Assembly (NCBI GenBank): GCA_964610485.1 | Contig: CAZSVW010000002.1 | Coordinates: forward strand, 1-34,381 | DNA: 34,381 nt | Reading direction: 5' to 3' | DNA from: Candidatus Hydrothermarchaeota archaeon | Lineage (GTDB): Archaea; Hydrothermarchaeota; Hydrothermarchaeia; Hydrothermarchaeales; CAZSVW01 | In this document: piece by piece, positions 8,925-18,291 of the stretch | Numbering within the stretch: position 1 is the first letter of the stretch | Layout of the letters: every line of letters starts with the position of its first letter | The notes under the pieces: generated by a model | Databases searched by the model: none | What the model saw: only the letters and a program-made list of their open reading frames with translations | Told to the model about the DNA's origin: nothing | Translations under genes and position numbers: made by a program

Positions 8925-10192
8925 TTTATTTTTTGCTTTCTGATTTCTTCTAAAATTTCTTTAGCTCTCTGCATGCTTATTTTTTTCTCCTTTGCCATTT
9001 TTTCGGCAATTATATCTATTTCTTCACCTTTTGCTCCTATACTTGCAGCGAGGTTCCGTGCATGGAGTTCCATATGCCCTCGCTGGATTCCCTCGGTGGC
9101 CAATGCCCTGAGTGCAGCAAAATTTTGAGCTAATCCTACAGATGCCATTACCTCAGCAAGCTCTTTAGCTGACTTTACATCTAAAATTTTTAAACAAACC
9201 CTTGCAACGGGATGGACCCTTGTTGCCCCTCCTATGATTCCTGCAGCTATAGGCAACTCTATCGTTGCCACTAAGTCTCCATCCTTATTTTTCTCATACG
9301 TGGTTAGTGGTTTGTATCCCTGAATTGCAGCATATGCATGAGCACCTGCCTCCAGAGCTCTGGTATCATTGGCGGTAGCTAATGCTACGGCAACTATACC
9401 ATTCATTATCCCTTTATTGTGGGTTGCGGCTCTATATGGGTCAGAAAGTGCAAAGGCATAAGCTTGGAGTATTCCTTCTACGACATCATCTCCACCTATG
9501 GCATCTTTATCAAAGATCGCTCTTGCTCTCGCAATCCTATATTTCGCTAGGTTGGAGATGATTCTTAAATACACCCTCCCGTCAGTTATGCTCTCTATAT
9601 ACGGTGCTACAGCCTCACACATAGTATTTACAGCATTTGCCCCCATAGCATCTAAACAATCTACAAGTAGATGTATAATTATCATTTTTCCTTTGAAGCT
9701 ATCTATTACCCTAACTTTTATGTCCTTTGCTCCTCCTCCCAGTTTTACTAATGTTGAATCTTGAGAGTTTGCTATTTTTAGTATCTCATCTTTATGAGAG
9801 AGGATTACTTGGCTTGTATAGTTTGGGTCTCTTACATTGGTAAGTTGGATTTGCCCTATCATTGTTGAACTATCACACTGGGCGGTGAAGCCGCCTTTTA
9901 CCCTAGCTAGCTTTGCAGCATAGCTTGCAGCTGCTACCACGGAGGGCTCTTCAATTGCCATGGGAATGAGGTAATCTTTTCCATTTATTAGAAAATTTAC
10001 GGCGATTCCTAGGGGCACTTCCATAGCCCCTATCACATTTTCTATCATTCTGTCTACTTGCTCTATATCCATACATCCAGTATTCCTTATTATTCCTATC
10101 TCTTCATCCGTTAAGTTTGCAAATTCTTTCACTATTTTTAGCCTTTCATCTACGCTTAATTTATAGAATCCGGAAATTTTTGAGGTCTTCAT
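8921..10192 (-). CDS. hmgA: HMG-CoA reductase, class II (bacterial-type)
   Basis: Class II signature blocks are present: ENVIGAMEVPLGIA.NF.ING, EEPSVVAAASYAAKLAR, DAMGANAVNTM, THNKGIMNGI, GGATRVHP and ATEGIQRGHMELHARN. The 423 aa with no membrane anchor is typical of class II. Confidence 0.85.
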   Translation of the reverse strand: MKTSKISGFYKLSVDERLKIVKEFANLTDEEIGIIRNTGCMDIEQVDRMIENVIGAMEVPLGIAVNFLINGKDYLIPMAIEEPSVVAAASYAAKLARVKGGFTAQCDSSTMIGQIQLTNVRDPNYTSQVILSHKDEILKIANSQDSTLVKLGGGAKDIKVRVIDSFKGKMIIIHLLVDCLDAMGANAVNTMCEAVAPYIESITDGRVYLRIISNLAKYRIARARAIFDKDAIGGDDVVEGILQAYAFALSDPYRAATHNKGIMNGIVAVALATANDTRALEAGAHAYAAIQGYKPLTTYEKNKDGDLVATIELPIAAGIIGGATRVHPVARVCLKILDVKSAKELAEVMASVGLAQNFAALRALATEGIQRGHMELHARNLAASIGAKGEEIDIIAEKMAKEKKISMQRAKEILEEIRKQKIK

Positions 10193-11478
10193 TTTAGCAA
10201 CCTCACGGGGACTATTTGTTTTGATAGTAAGTCATGTAACCCTTCTCTTTTTCTTATAAGTTCATATTTCCCATTACATACTAGAACCTCAGCGGGAAGC
10301 GGCCTTGAGTTGTATCTGGAGGACATCACTATCCCATAGGCTCCAGTATCCAGGATAGCTATTATATCTCCTTCTTCAATTCTTGGTAAAAATCTATTTT
10401 TTGCTATTATGTCTCCAGATTCGCATAAATTTCCAGCGATATCAACAGTTTCTTCTTTTTTTGCAGTCATTTTATTCGCAACAACTACCTCGTGATATGC
10501 TTGATACATTACTGGCCTTATAAGGATGTTAAATCCAGAATCTACCCCTATAAATTTTTTTATTCCTTTTTTAATCGTGGTTACTCTAGTTAGCAAAATT
10601 CCAGCATCTCCAACAATATATCTGCCAGGTTCTAAAATCAGAGTGGGGTCTCCTAAACCATATTCGTCTATTTTATTTTTGACTATGGGGACAATATTTT
10701 CTGCCAGTTCTCTAGGCGTAATGGATGGAGCATCCTCTTTGTATTTTATTCCGATTCCACCTCCCAAGTCTATGAAATTCAGCTCTATAGAATTTCGATG
10801 TAGCTTTCCTACCAAGTCGAGCAGCTTATATGTAGCTTCTTTATAGGGGGATACTGAAGTTATCTGCGAACCTATGTGCATGTGAATTCCTTCTATTGAG
10901 AAAAATTTGCATTTTGCAGCCTTTTTATATGCAAAGATCGCTTCATCCATCTGTATGCCAAATTTGCTCTCTTTTAGACCTGTAGCAAGGTGCGGATGCG
11001 TTTCTGGAGATATGTCGGGATTCACTCTAAAGGAAATTTTGGCTTTTTTTTGCTCAGATTCGCATATCCTTTTAAGTCTTTCGAGTTCGTGGAGTGAGTC
11101 GATATTTATAATTACACCAGCTTCTAGAGCCATCCTCAGTTCTCTGTCGGTCTTATTGTTTCCCGTGAAGAATATTTTTTCGGGTTCTATTCCAACATTC
11201 AGTGCAATATAAAGCTCTCCTTCTGATACAACATCTGCTCCAGCCCCTTCTTGTCTCAAAATATGTAAGATAGCCAAGCTTGTATTTGCCTTGTACGAAT
11301 ATTTTATCTCAACTTTGGGATAGAGCCTTGAAAAAGCGTTATAGATCTCCCTATATCTATGTCTTATTCTATTTTCGTCCATAACATAGAGAGGAGTACC
11401 AAACTCATCTGCGAGTTTTACACAGTCAACTCCTCCAATATAGAGATGATTTTCCTTAATCTCTAAGTGTTCTCTCAA
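10189..11478 (-). CDS. lysA: diaminopimelate decarboxylase (fold-type III PLP enzyme)
   Basis: PLP-Lys context YSYKANT, plus GGGIG and CESGD motifs, at 429 aa. The TTG start is preceded by GGAGGA. dapF and dapL in the same operon support LysA over other family members. Confidence 0.8.
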   Translation of the reverse strand: MREHLEIKENHLYIGGVDCVKLADEFGTPLYVMDENRIRHRYREIYNAFSRLYPKVEIKYSYKANTSLAILHILRQEGAGADVVSEGELYIALNVGIEPEKIFFTGNNKTDRELRMALEAGVIINIDSLHELERLKRICESEQKKAKISFRVNPDISPETHPHLATGLKESKFGIQMDEAIFAYKKAAKCKFFSIEGIHMHIGSQITSVSPYKEATYKLLDLVGKLHRNSIELNFIDLGGGIGIKYKEDAPSITPRELAENIVPIVKNKIDEYGLGDPTLILEPGRYIVGDAGILLTRVTTIKKGIKKFIGVDSGFNILIRPVMYQAYHEVVVANKMTAKKEETVDIAGNLCESGDIIAKNRFLPRIEEGDIIAILDTGAYGIVMSSRYNSRPLPAEVLVCNGKYELIRKREGLHDLLSKQIVPVRLLK

Positions 11479-11482
11479 TGAT

Positions 11483-12484
11483 TTATCCTCCTTTGAACGG
11501 TTTGGGAGTTGCTAGAGTTTCCTCATCCATATACAAATCTTCACACTCTTCATCAATCTCTCCAACCTTCTCAATTCTTATTAGGGAAGATTTATACCAA
11601 TCAACGTCAGGTAAACCAACATTTACCTTTATTTCGTGCATCATTCGATAAGAGTTATAAAATTCATCCCACTCATTTTCACGTTCTGGATATATGCTAA
11701 AGTCTCTAATTATATCTGTTATAACAAAGTTATGATCAATTAGAAACTTCTCTACTACTCTCCATTTTGCCCATGAAGATTCTAATCTAGTTAGGCCGAA
11801 ATACCCAGAGCTTCCTATACCCTTAAGTCCTTCAATTCCGCACCTCAAGAATATCTTGAGTCCTAATACAGATTCGGGAGGTTCAGAAACAAAAGAATCA
11901 AATTTTCCTATGTTATCTGGGAAACCTTTACTCAAGTCTTGTTCTATTGCCTGAATGTTCAGTTCGTGCTCTCTTGAAATTTCTTTTATGAATTTTAATA
12001 TTCTCCTGTCGATGTCCAGAACAACTATTCTCTTTGGCAGTTTGGTTAGCCCGATGAATATGCTGAATAGGTCATCATCTCCCAACACCAAGATTTCCTT
12101 TCCAGCCAGATCTCCCCGTTGATACATGAACCCCGCCTTTATTGCCAAGTCGTACGGAGCGACTATCCCTTGGTCATATTCAGCGATGGGTAAGGGTCTA
12201 TCCTTCGTGATTCTGTTAAAATCATCTAATGTTTGTTTAAAAATTTTTGGTTCATACCCCCTCCCCTTACACTTCCCGCATCTGAAGTCGATATATTCAA
12301 ATGGGAAATGCCTCAACAAATAAAATTTCTTTTTTTCTTCATTGAATCCAATATCTTTCCCTAAAATTTCATTTATGGTAGTTATTATCGTTCTTAGATC
12401 GTACTCATTTTCGTCTATCAGCTTCCAAAGGCTTTTTTCTTCACCGTTTAGGGATCGGAATAGCAGTTCTTTCAATTTCTTCAT
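11483..12484 (-). CDS. bpsA: N4-bis(aminopropyl)spermidine synthase-like (BpsA/DUF43 branched-chain polyamine synthase)
   Basis: Blocks I recognise from the Thermococcus kodakarensis TK1691 family: VLGDDDL, SEPPE, GYFGLTRLESSWAKW, VITDIIRDF and WYKS..IRIE. It lies adjacent to speH, which supplies dcSAM. Confidence 0.7.
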   Translation of the reverse strand: MKKLKELLFRSLNGEEKSLWKLIDENEYDLRTIITTINEILGKDIGFNEEKKKFYLLRHFPFEYIDFRCGKCKGRGYEPKIFKQTLDDFNRITKDRPLPIAEYDQGIVAPYDLAIKAGFMYQRGDLAGKEILVLGDDDLFSIFIGLTKLPKRIVVLDIDRRILKFIKEISREHELNIQAIEQDLSKGFPDNIGKFDSFVSEPPESVLGLKIFLRCGIEGLKGIGSSGYFGLTRLESSWAKWRVVEKFLIDHNFVITDIIRDFSIYPERENEWDEFYNSYRMMHEIKVNVGLPDVDWYKSSLIRIEKVGEIDEECEDLYMDEETLATPKPFKGG

Positions 12485-12830
12485 AAGGTATGCCCCTCAT
12501 AATATCCATTACCTTAATGTTGAGAGGTTTAAACTCCCTTTTCAGCCATTTTAGTATTTCCCATGCTTTTTCTGATGAGCCACATGTGAATATATCTACA
12601 GCCATGTAATTGTATTCAGGCCAAGTGTGCACTGTAAAGTGGGACTCAGCTAGCAAAAAAATTGATGTCACCCCGTGGGGATTGAATTGGTGGTGGTAAG
12701 ATTTTAAGACGGTTACACCCGATTTTTTAACAACCCGTTCTATTTTCTCTTTATAGTTGCTTAGTTTTGAAATATATTTGGGGTTGCAACCATATAACTC
12801 AACAACGAGATGCAATCCAACCTGGATCAC
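12441..12830 (-). CDS. speH: S-adenosylmethionine decarboxylase proenzyme (pyruvoyl, SpeH/SpeD class 1)
   Basis: LVVELYGC, self-cleavage site AESH(F)TVHTWPE and VDIFTCG. GTG start. The 3' end overlaps bpsA by 44 nt. Confidence 0.85.
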   Translation of the reverse strand: MIQVGLHLVVELYGCNPKYISKLSNYKEKIERVVKKSGVTVLKSYHHQFNPHGVTSIFLLAESHFTVHTWPEYNYMAVDIFTCGSSEKAWEILKWLKREFKPLNIKVMDIMRGIPYEEIERTAIPIPKR

Positions 12831-12832
12831 CT

Positions 12833-13993
12833 TTACATCACCTCCTCCATTTTTTCTATGGCTATTTTTATTTTCTCTTCATTTTGGGTAAGGGCAAACC
12901 TCACAAATCCTTCTCCGTATTTTCCAAACCCTACACCAGGTGTGCAGACGATGTTTCCTTCCTCTAGGAGTTTTGATGCGAAGGTCATGCTGGTGTATCC
13001 CTCTGGAACTTCTACCCAGAGGTAGAATGTTGCCTTTGGTTTTTTGCAATGGAGCCCTAGTCTCCTAAGTCCACGGTACATTAGGTTTCTTCTTTTCTGA
13101 TAGATTTTTATATTTTCACGAACGCAATCTTGTGAAGATGTCAAGGCAACTGTTGCGGCTACTTGGATTATCTGAGATACGCCTGAATCCACATTCGTTT
13201 TAACCTTCTTTAGCCCTTCGATTATTTTTTCATTGCCAAATGCGTAGGCTACTCTCCATCCGGTCATATTGTACGTCTTTGATAATGAATCGAATACTAT
13301 TCCCATTTCTATAGCTCCTTCTGTTTGAAGAAGGCTTATCGGCTTGCCTTCTAAAACTATCCTTGCATATGCTTCGTCGCTGGCGATTATTATGTTGTAG
13401 TCTTGAGCAAAATCTACAATTTCTCTATAAAAATCTTTCGTTGCGACCGCCGCCGTTGGATTGTTGGGATAGTTTATCCAAATTATTTTTGCTTTTTTTG
13501 CAATTTTTTCTGGTATCTCTTCAAGATTGGGTAGGAATTCTCTCTCTTTTCTGAGAGGTAGAAGATAAGGCCGCGCACATGCAAATATAGATGAGGTCTT
13601 ATACACGGGATATCCGGGGTCTGGACAGATTACGTAGTCTCCGGGATTAACAAAAGCGAAGGGAAAATTGTGTATCCCCTCCTTAGAACCGATGAGAGCT
13701 ATTATCTCCTTTTCAGGATCTAGGTCTATTCCATAATCAGCCTTACATCGCTGTGCTACGGCCTCTCTAAAGCTGAGCATCCCCTCGTAGCTGGGATATC
13801 TGTGGTTTTCTGGATTTTTTGCAGCCTCACAGCATGCATTTACTATATGTTGGGGGGTAGGGAGATCCGGGTCTCCTACTCCAAAGTTTAATATCTCTTC
13901 TCCTTTCTTCTTTTTCATCTCTATTTTTCTGTCCAACTCGGCAAAGAGATAGGGGGGTAAAGTTTTAATTCTAGTAGAAAACTCTATATGCAT
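12833..13993 (-). CDS. dapL: LL-diaminopimelate aminotransferase-type class I aminotransferase (DapL-like)
   Basis: IKTLPPYLFAELD N-terminus, GVGDPDLPTP, NYPNNPT and SLSKTYNMTGWR (PLP Lys) match the DapL/PatA-like family. I prefer ATG 13993 over the track's TTG 13999. Confidence 0.7.
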   Translation of the reverse strand: MHIEFSTRIKTLPPYLFAELDRKIEMKKKKGEEILNFGVGDPDLPTPQHIVNACCEAAKNPENHRYPSYEGMLSFREAVAQRCKADYGIDLDPEKEIIALIGSKEGIHNFPFAFVNPGDYVICPDPGYPVYKTSSIFACARPYLLPLRKEREFLPNLEEIPEKIAKKAKIIWINYPNNPTAAVATKDFYREIVDFAQDYNIIIASDEAYARIVLEGKPISLLQTEGAIEMGIVFDSLSKTYNMTGWRVAYAFGNEKIIEGLKKVKTNVDSGVSQIIQVAATVALTSSQDCVRENIKIYQKRRNLMYRGLRRLGLHCKKPKATFYLWVEVPEGYTSMTFASKLLEEGNIVCTPGVGFGKYGEGFVRFALTQNEEKIKIAIEKMEEVM

Positions 13994-14039
13994 AAACAAT
14001 CGGTAATTAGATAACGCTTAAAAAAATTACGGTTCGAAA

Positions 14040-16046
14040 ATGAAATTGATAATAACTGAAAAGCCCAAAGTTTCAAAAAAAATTGCCCAGTCTTTGTCCA
14101 AGAAATATAAGAGAGTGGGGAAAAAAACCACTTATTATCTTGTTGAAGTAAATGGGGAAAAGATAGCTATAGCTTCAGCGGTTGGACATCTGTTTTCACT
14201 CGCACAGTCTTCTAAAGGATGGAGCTATCCCATATTTGATGTAGAATGGAAAGCGATTTATGAGGTGGAGAAATCCAAAAAATATGCTAAAAAATATATA
14301 GAAACAATTTATGAACTTTCTAAACAGGCGGATTCTATAATTATAGCTACAGATTATGATATAGAAGGGGAGCTTTTAGGATACAACATCTATAGATTTC
14401 TATGCAATTCAGCAAATGTCAAAAGGATGAAATTTTCTACATTAACTCCGAAAGAGCTAAGAGAAAGCTTCAATAGACTAATAGAGGTCGATCACAATTT
14501 AGTAGATGCTGGAGAGACAAGGCATATCTTGGATTGGTATTGGGGCATAAATACAAGTAGAGCCCTCACCTTGGCTGTTAAATCCGTCATGAGCGCTTTT
14601 GTTATGATCTCTGCCGGGAGAGTGCAAACTCCGGCCTTAGCAATTTTGGTTGAAAGAGAAAGAGAGATAGCGGATTTCAAACCTAAGCGCTACTGGGAGA
14701 TATATGCAAAGTTAGAGGGGGGAATAATTGCTAAACATGTGGGTGGGAGGATATATGAAAAGGACAAGGTCAGACAAATTTTAGTAAATTCTGATAGTAA
14801 ATTTGCAGTTATCACCGATATTAAGGAGAAAACAGTTAGGAAGCTACCTCCAACACCATTTGATTTGGGGACACTTCAAGTTGAAGCATATAGGATTTTT
14901 AGGTTTACTCCAAAGAAAACACAAGAATTGGCTCAATCTTTGTATGAGGCAGGATATATATCATATCCGAGAACTTCATCTCAAAAACTTCCTCCAACTA
15001 TAGGATATAGGAATATTCTAAGTAAGCTGAGCAAGATAGACAGATTTGAGGTCTTTAGTAAAACCCTGCTCTCACTTGAAAAGCTTAAGCCGAGAGAGGG
15101 AACAAAAGATGACCCCGCTCATCCAGCTATCTTCCCAACAGGAGAAATACCCGGTAAACTTAGAAAAGATGAATCCAAGCTATACGATTTGATCGTTTTT
15201 AGATTCTTTTCTGTTTTCTCTTCACCTGCTAAAATAAGAAAGAAAAAAGTTGAATGTGTATTAAAGAATGAAAAATTTATCTTTAAGGGATCGGAGGTAA
15301 TAGAAAGAGGATGGATAGATTTCTATCCGTATGTGAAGTTTGAGAACGGTGCTTTACCTAATGTTAAAATGGGGGATAAACTAAACGTGATTGAACTCAA
15401 AGCCGAAGAAAAGGAGACCTCTCCTCCACCTAGATTTAACCCCGCCTCTCTGGTGAAAGAGTTAGAAAAAAGAAACTTGGGAACTAAAGCAACTCGAGCG
15501 GAGATAGTTGATACATTATATAGGAGGGGATACATAGAAGGCAACCCGATAAGAGTCACCGAGTTGGGATTTGGGGTTATAGAGGCCCTTAAAAAGTATG
15601 TTCCAGAAATAATTAGTGAAAATCTAACTAGAGAGTTTGAGAAGAAAATAGAAGAAATTAGAGCAGGAAAAAAAAATAAGATAGAAGTTATAGATGAGGC
15701 AAAAGATCAATTAATCGATATATTTACAAGATTTAAAGAAAAAGAAGAGGAGATAGGGAATGTTTTGTCTGAAATTATAGAGAGAAGTAGGACAATAGGC
15801 ACATGTCCTTCTTGTGGGGGAAAGCTAAAGATAGTGAAATCTAAAAAAACTAAGAAAATATTTGTTGGATGTTCAAATTACCCAGAATGTACCACTTCTT
15901 ATCCTCTGCCACAGAAAAAAGGTGTGAAGATTAGCAATAAAAAGTGTCCTATTTGTGGATTGCCCTTGGTTTCTATACCTATGAAAAAAGGAAGAATCTT
16001 GAGATGTATAAATCCTGAATGTGAGTCTAAAAGAACATCTCTTTAG
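14040..16046 (+). CDS. topA: type IA DNA topoisomerase (archaeal Topo I/III)
   Basis: TOPRIM start MKLIITEKP, acidic ATDYDIEGE, catalytic Tyr context ISYPRTSSQ. Two C-terminal Cys4 zinc ribbons are present (CPSCGG...CSNYPEC and CPICG...CINPEC). Confidence 0.9.
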   Translation: MKLIITEKPKVSKKIAQSLSKKYKRVGKKTTYYLVEVNGEKIAIASAVGHLFSLAQSSKGWSYPIFDVEWKAIYEVEKSKKYAKKYIETIYELSKQADSIIIATDYDIEGELLGYNIYRFLCNSANVKRMKFSTLTPKELRESFNRLIEVDHNLVDAGETRHILDWYWGINTSRALTLAVKSVMSAFVMISAGRVQTPALAILVEREREIADFKPKRYWEIYAKLEGGIIAKHVGGRIYEKDKVRQILVNSDSKFAVITDIKEKTVRKLPPTPFDLGTLQVEAYRIFRFTPKKTQELAQSLYEAGYISYPRTSSQKLPPTIGYRNILSKLSKIDRFEVFSKTLLSLEKLKPREGTKDDPAHPAIFPTGEIPGKLRKDESKLYDLIVFRFFSVFSSPAKIRKKKVECVLKNEKFIFKGSEVIERGWIDFYPYVKFENGALPNVKMGDKLNVIELKAEEKETSPPPRFNPASLVKELEKRNLGTKATRAEIVDTLYRRGYIEGNPIRVTELGFGVIEALKKYVPEIISENLTREFEKKIEEIRAGKKNKIEVIDEAKDQLIDIFTRFKEKEEEIGNVLSEIIERSRTIGTCPSCGGKLKIVKSKKTKKIFVGCSNYPECTTSYPLPQKKGVKISNKKCPICGLPLVSIPMKKGRILRCINPECESKRTSL

Positions 16047-17055
16047 GTTCGGATTTGGATATGGGTTTTATGCACTTAAGAGCTTCGTCAATATCCTTTT
16101 CTGTTATTTCAGACGCTCCCCTCAAAATAGCTCTATGCAATGCGACTTTCAGTAATTTTTCTTTTAGGTCTCTACCAGAAAATCCTTCTGTTTTGCTTAC
16201 ATACTTTTTCAGGTCCGCATTCAATTTTAGAGGAAGCTTCTTTGCATAGTGTTCCAATATCTCTAGTCTCTCCTTTGAGGATGGGAGTTTAAATTCTATC
16301 TCCTCCTCAAACCTACTTCTGAGGGCGGGGTCCAGCATTGTGGGGACATTTGTAGCAGCTATAGTTACAATCCCCTTGTTTTCTCTCACTCCTTCTAACT
16401 CGGTGAGGAGGGCGTTTACTATCTCCGACACATCTCCCCTTATTGATTGATATCCTCTGTCTAGCCCTATAGCATCTAATTCATCTATGAAGATTACCGA
16501 TGGTGCATTTTCCATCGCGATTGAGAAAAGTTCATGGATCTTTTTTGAGCTTTCTCCAACATACTCTCCTATTAAATCTGTTGCCCTAACTAAGAATAAG
16601 GATGAAGCGGTTTCTTTTGCCAGTGCCTTGGCTGTCATGGTTTTTCCCGTTCCTGGAGGACCATAAAATAGGATATTTTTCGGTGCCCACTCGCCAAATT
16701 TTTTTGGATTTCTTAGGTATTCCATTATAATCCTACATTTTTGTTTTACTTTTTCATGTCCTATTATGTCGTCAAAAGAATAATTGGGTATGATTTTAAA
16801 GGGGGCGTACTTCCTTTTCTCTACTTCTATTTTAGTATCCTCTGTTATCATAACTTCTCCTCTAGGTAAAACTCTGGTAACTTTAAAAGCAAAATCGGGG
16901 ATTATCCTTTGGTCAAAAAGATAATCCCCTTCTTTGACTATCATTCCCATCCATTGTTCTTTTGCGTAAATCTCAAAAAGTTTCCTGTCTTTTATGTTAA
17001 TAATATAATTTTTTTGAGAATCACGAAGAGGAAAACCCACTGGCTTGAGTTTCAA
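16027..17055 (-). CDS. single-module AAA+ ATPase (classic AAA clade, CDC48/FtsH-like)
   Basis: Walker A GPPGTGKT, Walker B VIFIDELDA, SRH ATNVPTMLDPALRSRF. The start is uncertain: the track start is a TTG, and the frame stays open 45 codons further upstream with no canonical start. Confidence 0.8.
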   Translation of the reverse strand: MKLKPVGFPLRDSQKNYIINIKDRKLFEIYAKEQWMGMIVKEGDYLFDQRIIPDFAFKVTRVLPRGEVMITEDTKIEVEKRKYAPFKIIPNYSFDDIIGHEKVKQKCRIIMEYLRNPKKFGEWAPKNILFYGPPGTGKTMTAKALAKETASSLFLVRATDLIGEYVGESSKKIHELFSIAMENAPSVIFIDELDAIGLDRGYQSIRGDVSEIVNALLTELEGVRENKGIVTIAATNVPTMLDPALRSRFEEEIEFKLPSSKERLEILEHYAKKLPLKLNADLKKYVSKTEGFSGRDLKEKLLKVALHRAILRGASEITEKDIDEALKCIKPISKSEPKEMFF

Positions 17056-17219
17056 GAATCTTGCAGGTCTGGCTTCCTCTTGCTGGATTCTTATCTTTCT
17101 CTTTTCTTTTTTCCCCTTGACTTTAACCCAATGGTCTAGATGCGTTTGAATGTCTATTCCTCCTTTTTCAAGACTAAAAACTTTAATATCTTAAAAGAAA
17201 TTAAAATATAACTTAAAGG

Positions 17220-17726
17220 ATGAAAGCAAAGCTTTTCTTTGCAATGATGTATTCTAGGCGTGCAATTTATGAGGAAGCCAAGAGATTTCTTGAGTTAAAG
17301 CTAGGTTCGATAGAAGCAGAGAGCAACCCATATACTTTTAATTTCACTGACTACTATACGAAAGAAATGGGAGCTAACCTTGAAAAGAGATTTGTGGTAT
17401 TTAAAGACTTGATTGAACGTGAAAAATTGCCAAAAATAAAGCTTCTTTCGATGAAAATTGAAAAAGAGATGTCAAAAAATGGAAGAAGGTTGATCAATAT
17501 AGACCCTGGATATATAACCCCCCACGCCATTTTTTTGGCTACAAGAAAGGATAGAGCGCATAGGGTTTATATGGGGCAAGGGATTTTTATAGAAGTTACC
17601 TTACTTTTCACCAAAGATGGATGTAAATATTTTGAATGGACATACCCGGACTATAAGCTTCCGGAGAACTGTGATTTTTTCCGGAGAATAAGAGAAGGAT
17701 TACTCAGAGCACAACGACAAAAATAA
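17220..17726 (+). CDS. conserved hypothetical protein, DUF4416-like
   Basis: FTDYYTKEMG, NIDPGYI and WTYPDY blocks match my recollection of the DUF4416 family, at about 168 aa. Confidence 0.5.
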   Translation: MKAKLFFAMMYSRRAIYEEAKRFLELKLGSIEAESNPYTFNFTDYYTKEMGANLEKRFVVFKDLIEREKLPKIKLLSMKIEKEMSKNGRRLINIDPGYITPHAIFLATRKDRAHRVYMGQGIFIEVTLLFTKDGCKYFEWTYPDYKLPENCDFFRRIREGLLRAQRQK

Positions 17727-17754
17727 ATAATGGATATCTAAACTATCTCTCCTT

Positions 17755-18291
17755 ATGCGATGCTTTATATCTGTAGATGTGGAAAATATCTTTCATAAGG
17801 TATACGGGAGACTGGAGGGGATTAAGGGATTAAAGTTAGTTGAGCCGGAAAATCTACATGTAACACTTAAATTTCTGGGAGAGATAACTCCAAATAAAAT
17901 AGAGGAAATAACAGAAAAATTAGAGTTTTTGAAGGATATATGCAAGTTCGAGATAACATTTCAGGGGCTGGGGGCTTTCCCCAACATAAGAAGACCCCGG
18001 GTTATATGGGTTGGAATAAAAAAGAATAAGGAAAAGCTTATAGATATGCAGTCTAGATTGGATGAGAGCCTTTCCACTATAGGTTTTAAAAAGGAGAAAA
18101 GATACGAGCCCCATCTTACTCTCGCTCGGGTTAAGAGTTTCAGAGAAACCAAGAAAATTGTAGAGGTAATCGAGACCTTTCATAATGAGAAGTTTGGGAA
18201 TTTCATAGTAGAGAATGTTAGACTTAAAAAAAGTGTTTTGACTCCAAAAGGCCCAATATATACTACAATACGTGAGGTAACATTAAAATGA
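17755..18291 (+). CDS. ligT: RNA 2',3'-cyclic phosphodiesterase / 2'-5' RNA ligase (2H family, LigT/ThpR)
   Basis: Two H-x-T-x motifs (LHVTLKF and PHLTLAR) at the canonical spacing, 178 aa. Confidence 0.85.
   Translation: MRCFISVDVENIFHKVYGRLEGIKGLKLVEPENLHVTLKFLGEITPNKIEEITEKLEFLKDICKFEITFQGLGAFPNIRRPRVIWVGIKKNKEKLIDMQSRLDESLSTIGFKKEKRYEPHLTLARVKSFRETKKIVEVIETFHNEKFGNFIVENVRLKKSVLTPKGPIYTTIREVTLK

Noticed and set aside
17056-17219. C/D box sRNA or other small RNA in the largest intergenic gap, and C-box-like ATGATGA strings elsewhere (for example near 1066, 21276 and 29642).
   Set aside because: The gap has no RUGAUGA/CUGA box pair on either strand. The ATGATGA occurrences are inside well-supported coding sequences without a matching D box and terminal stem.
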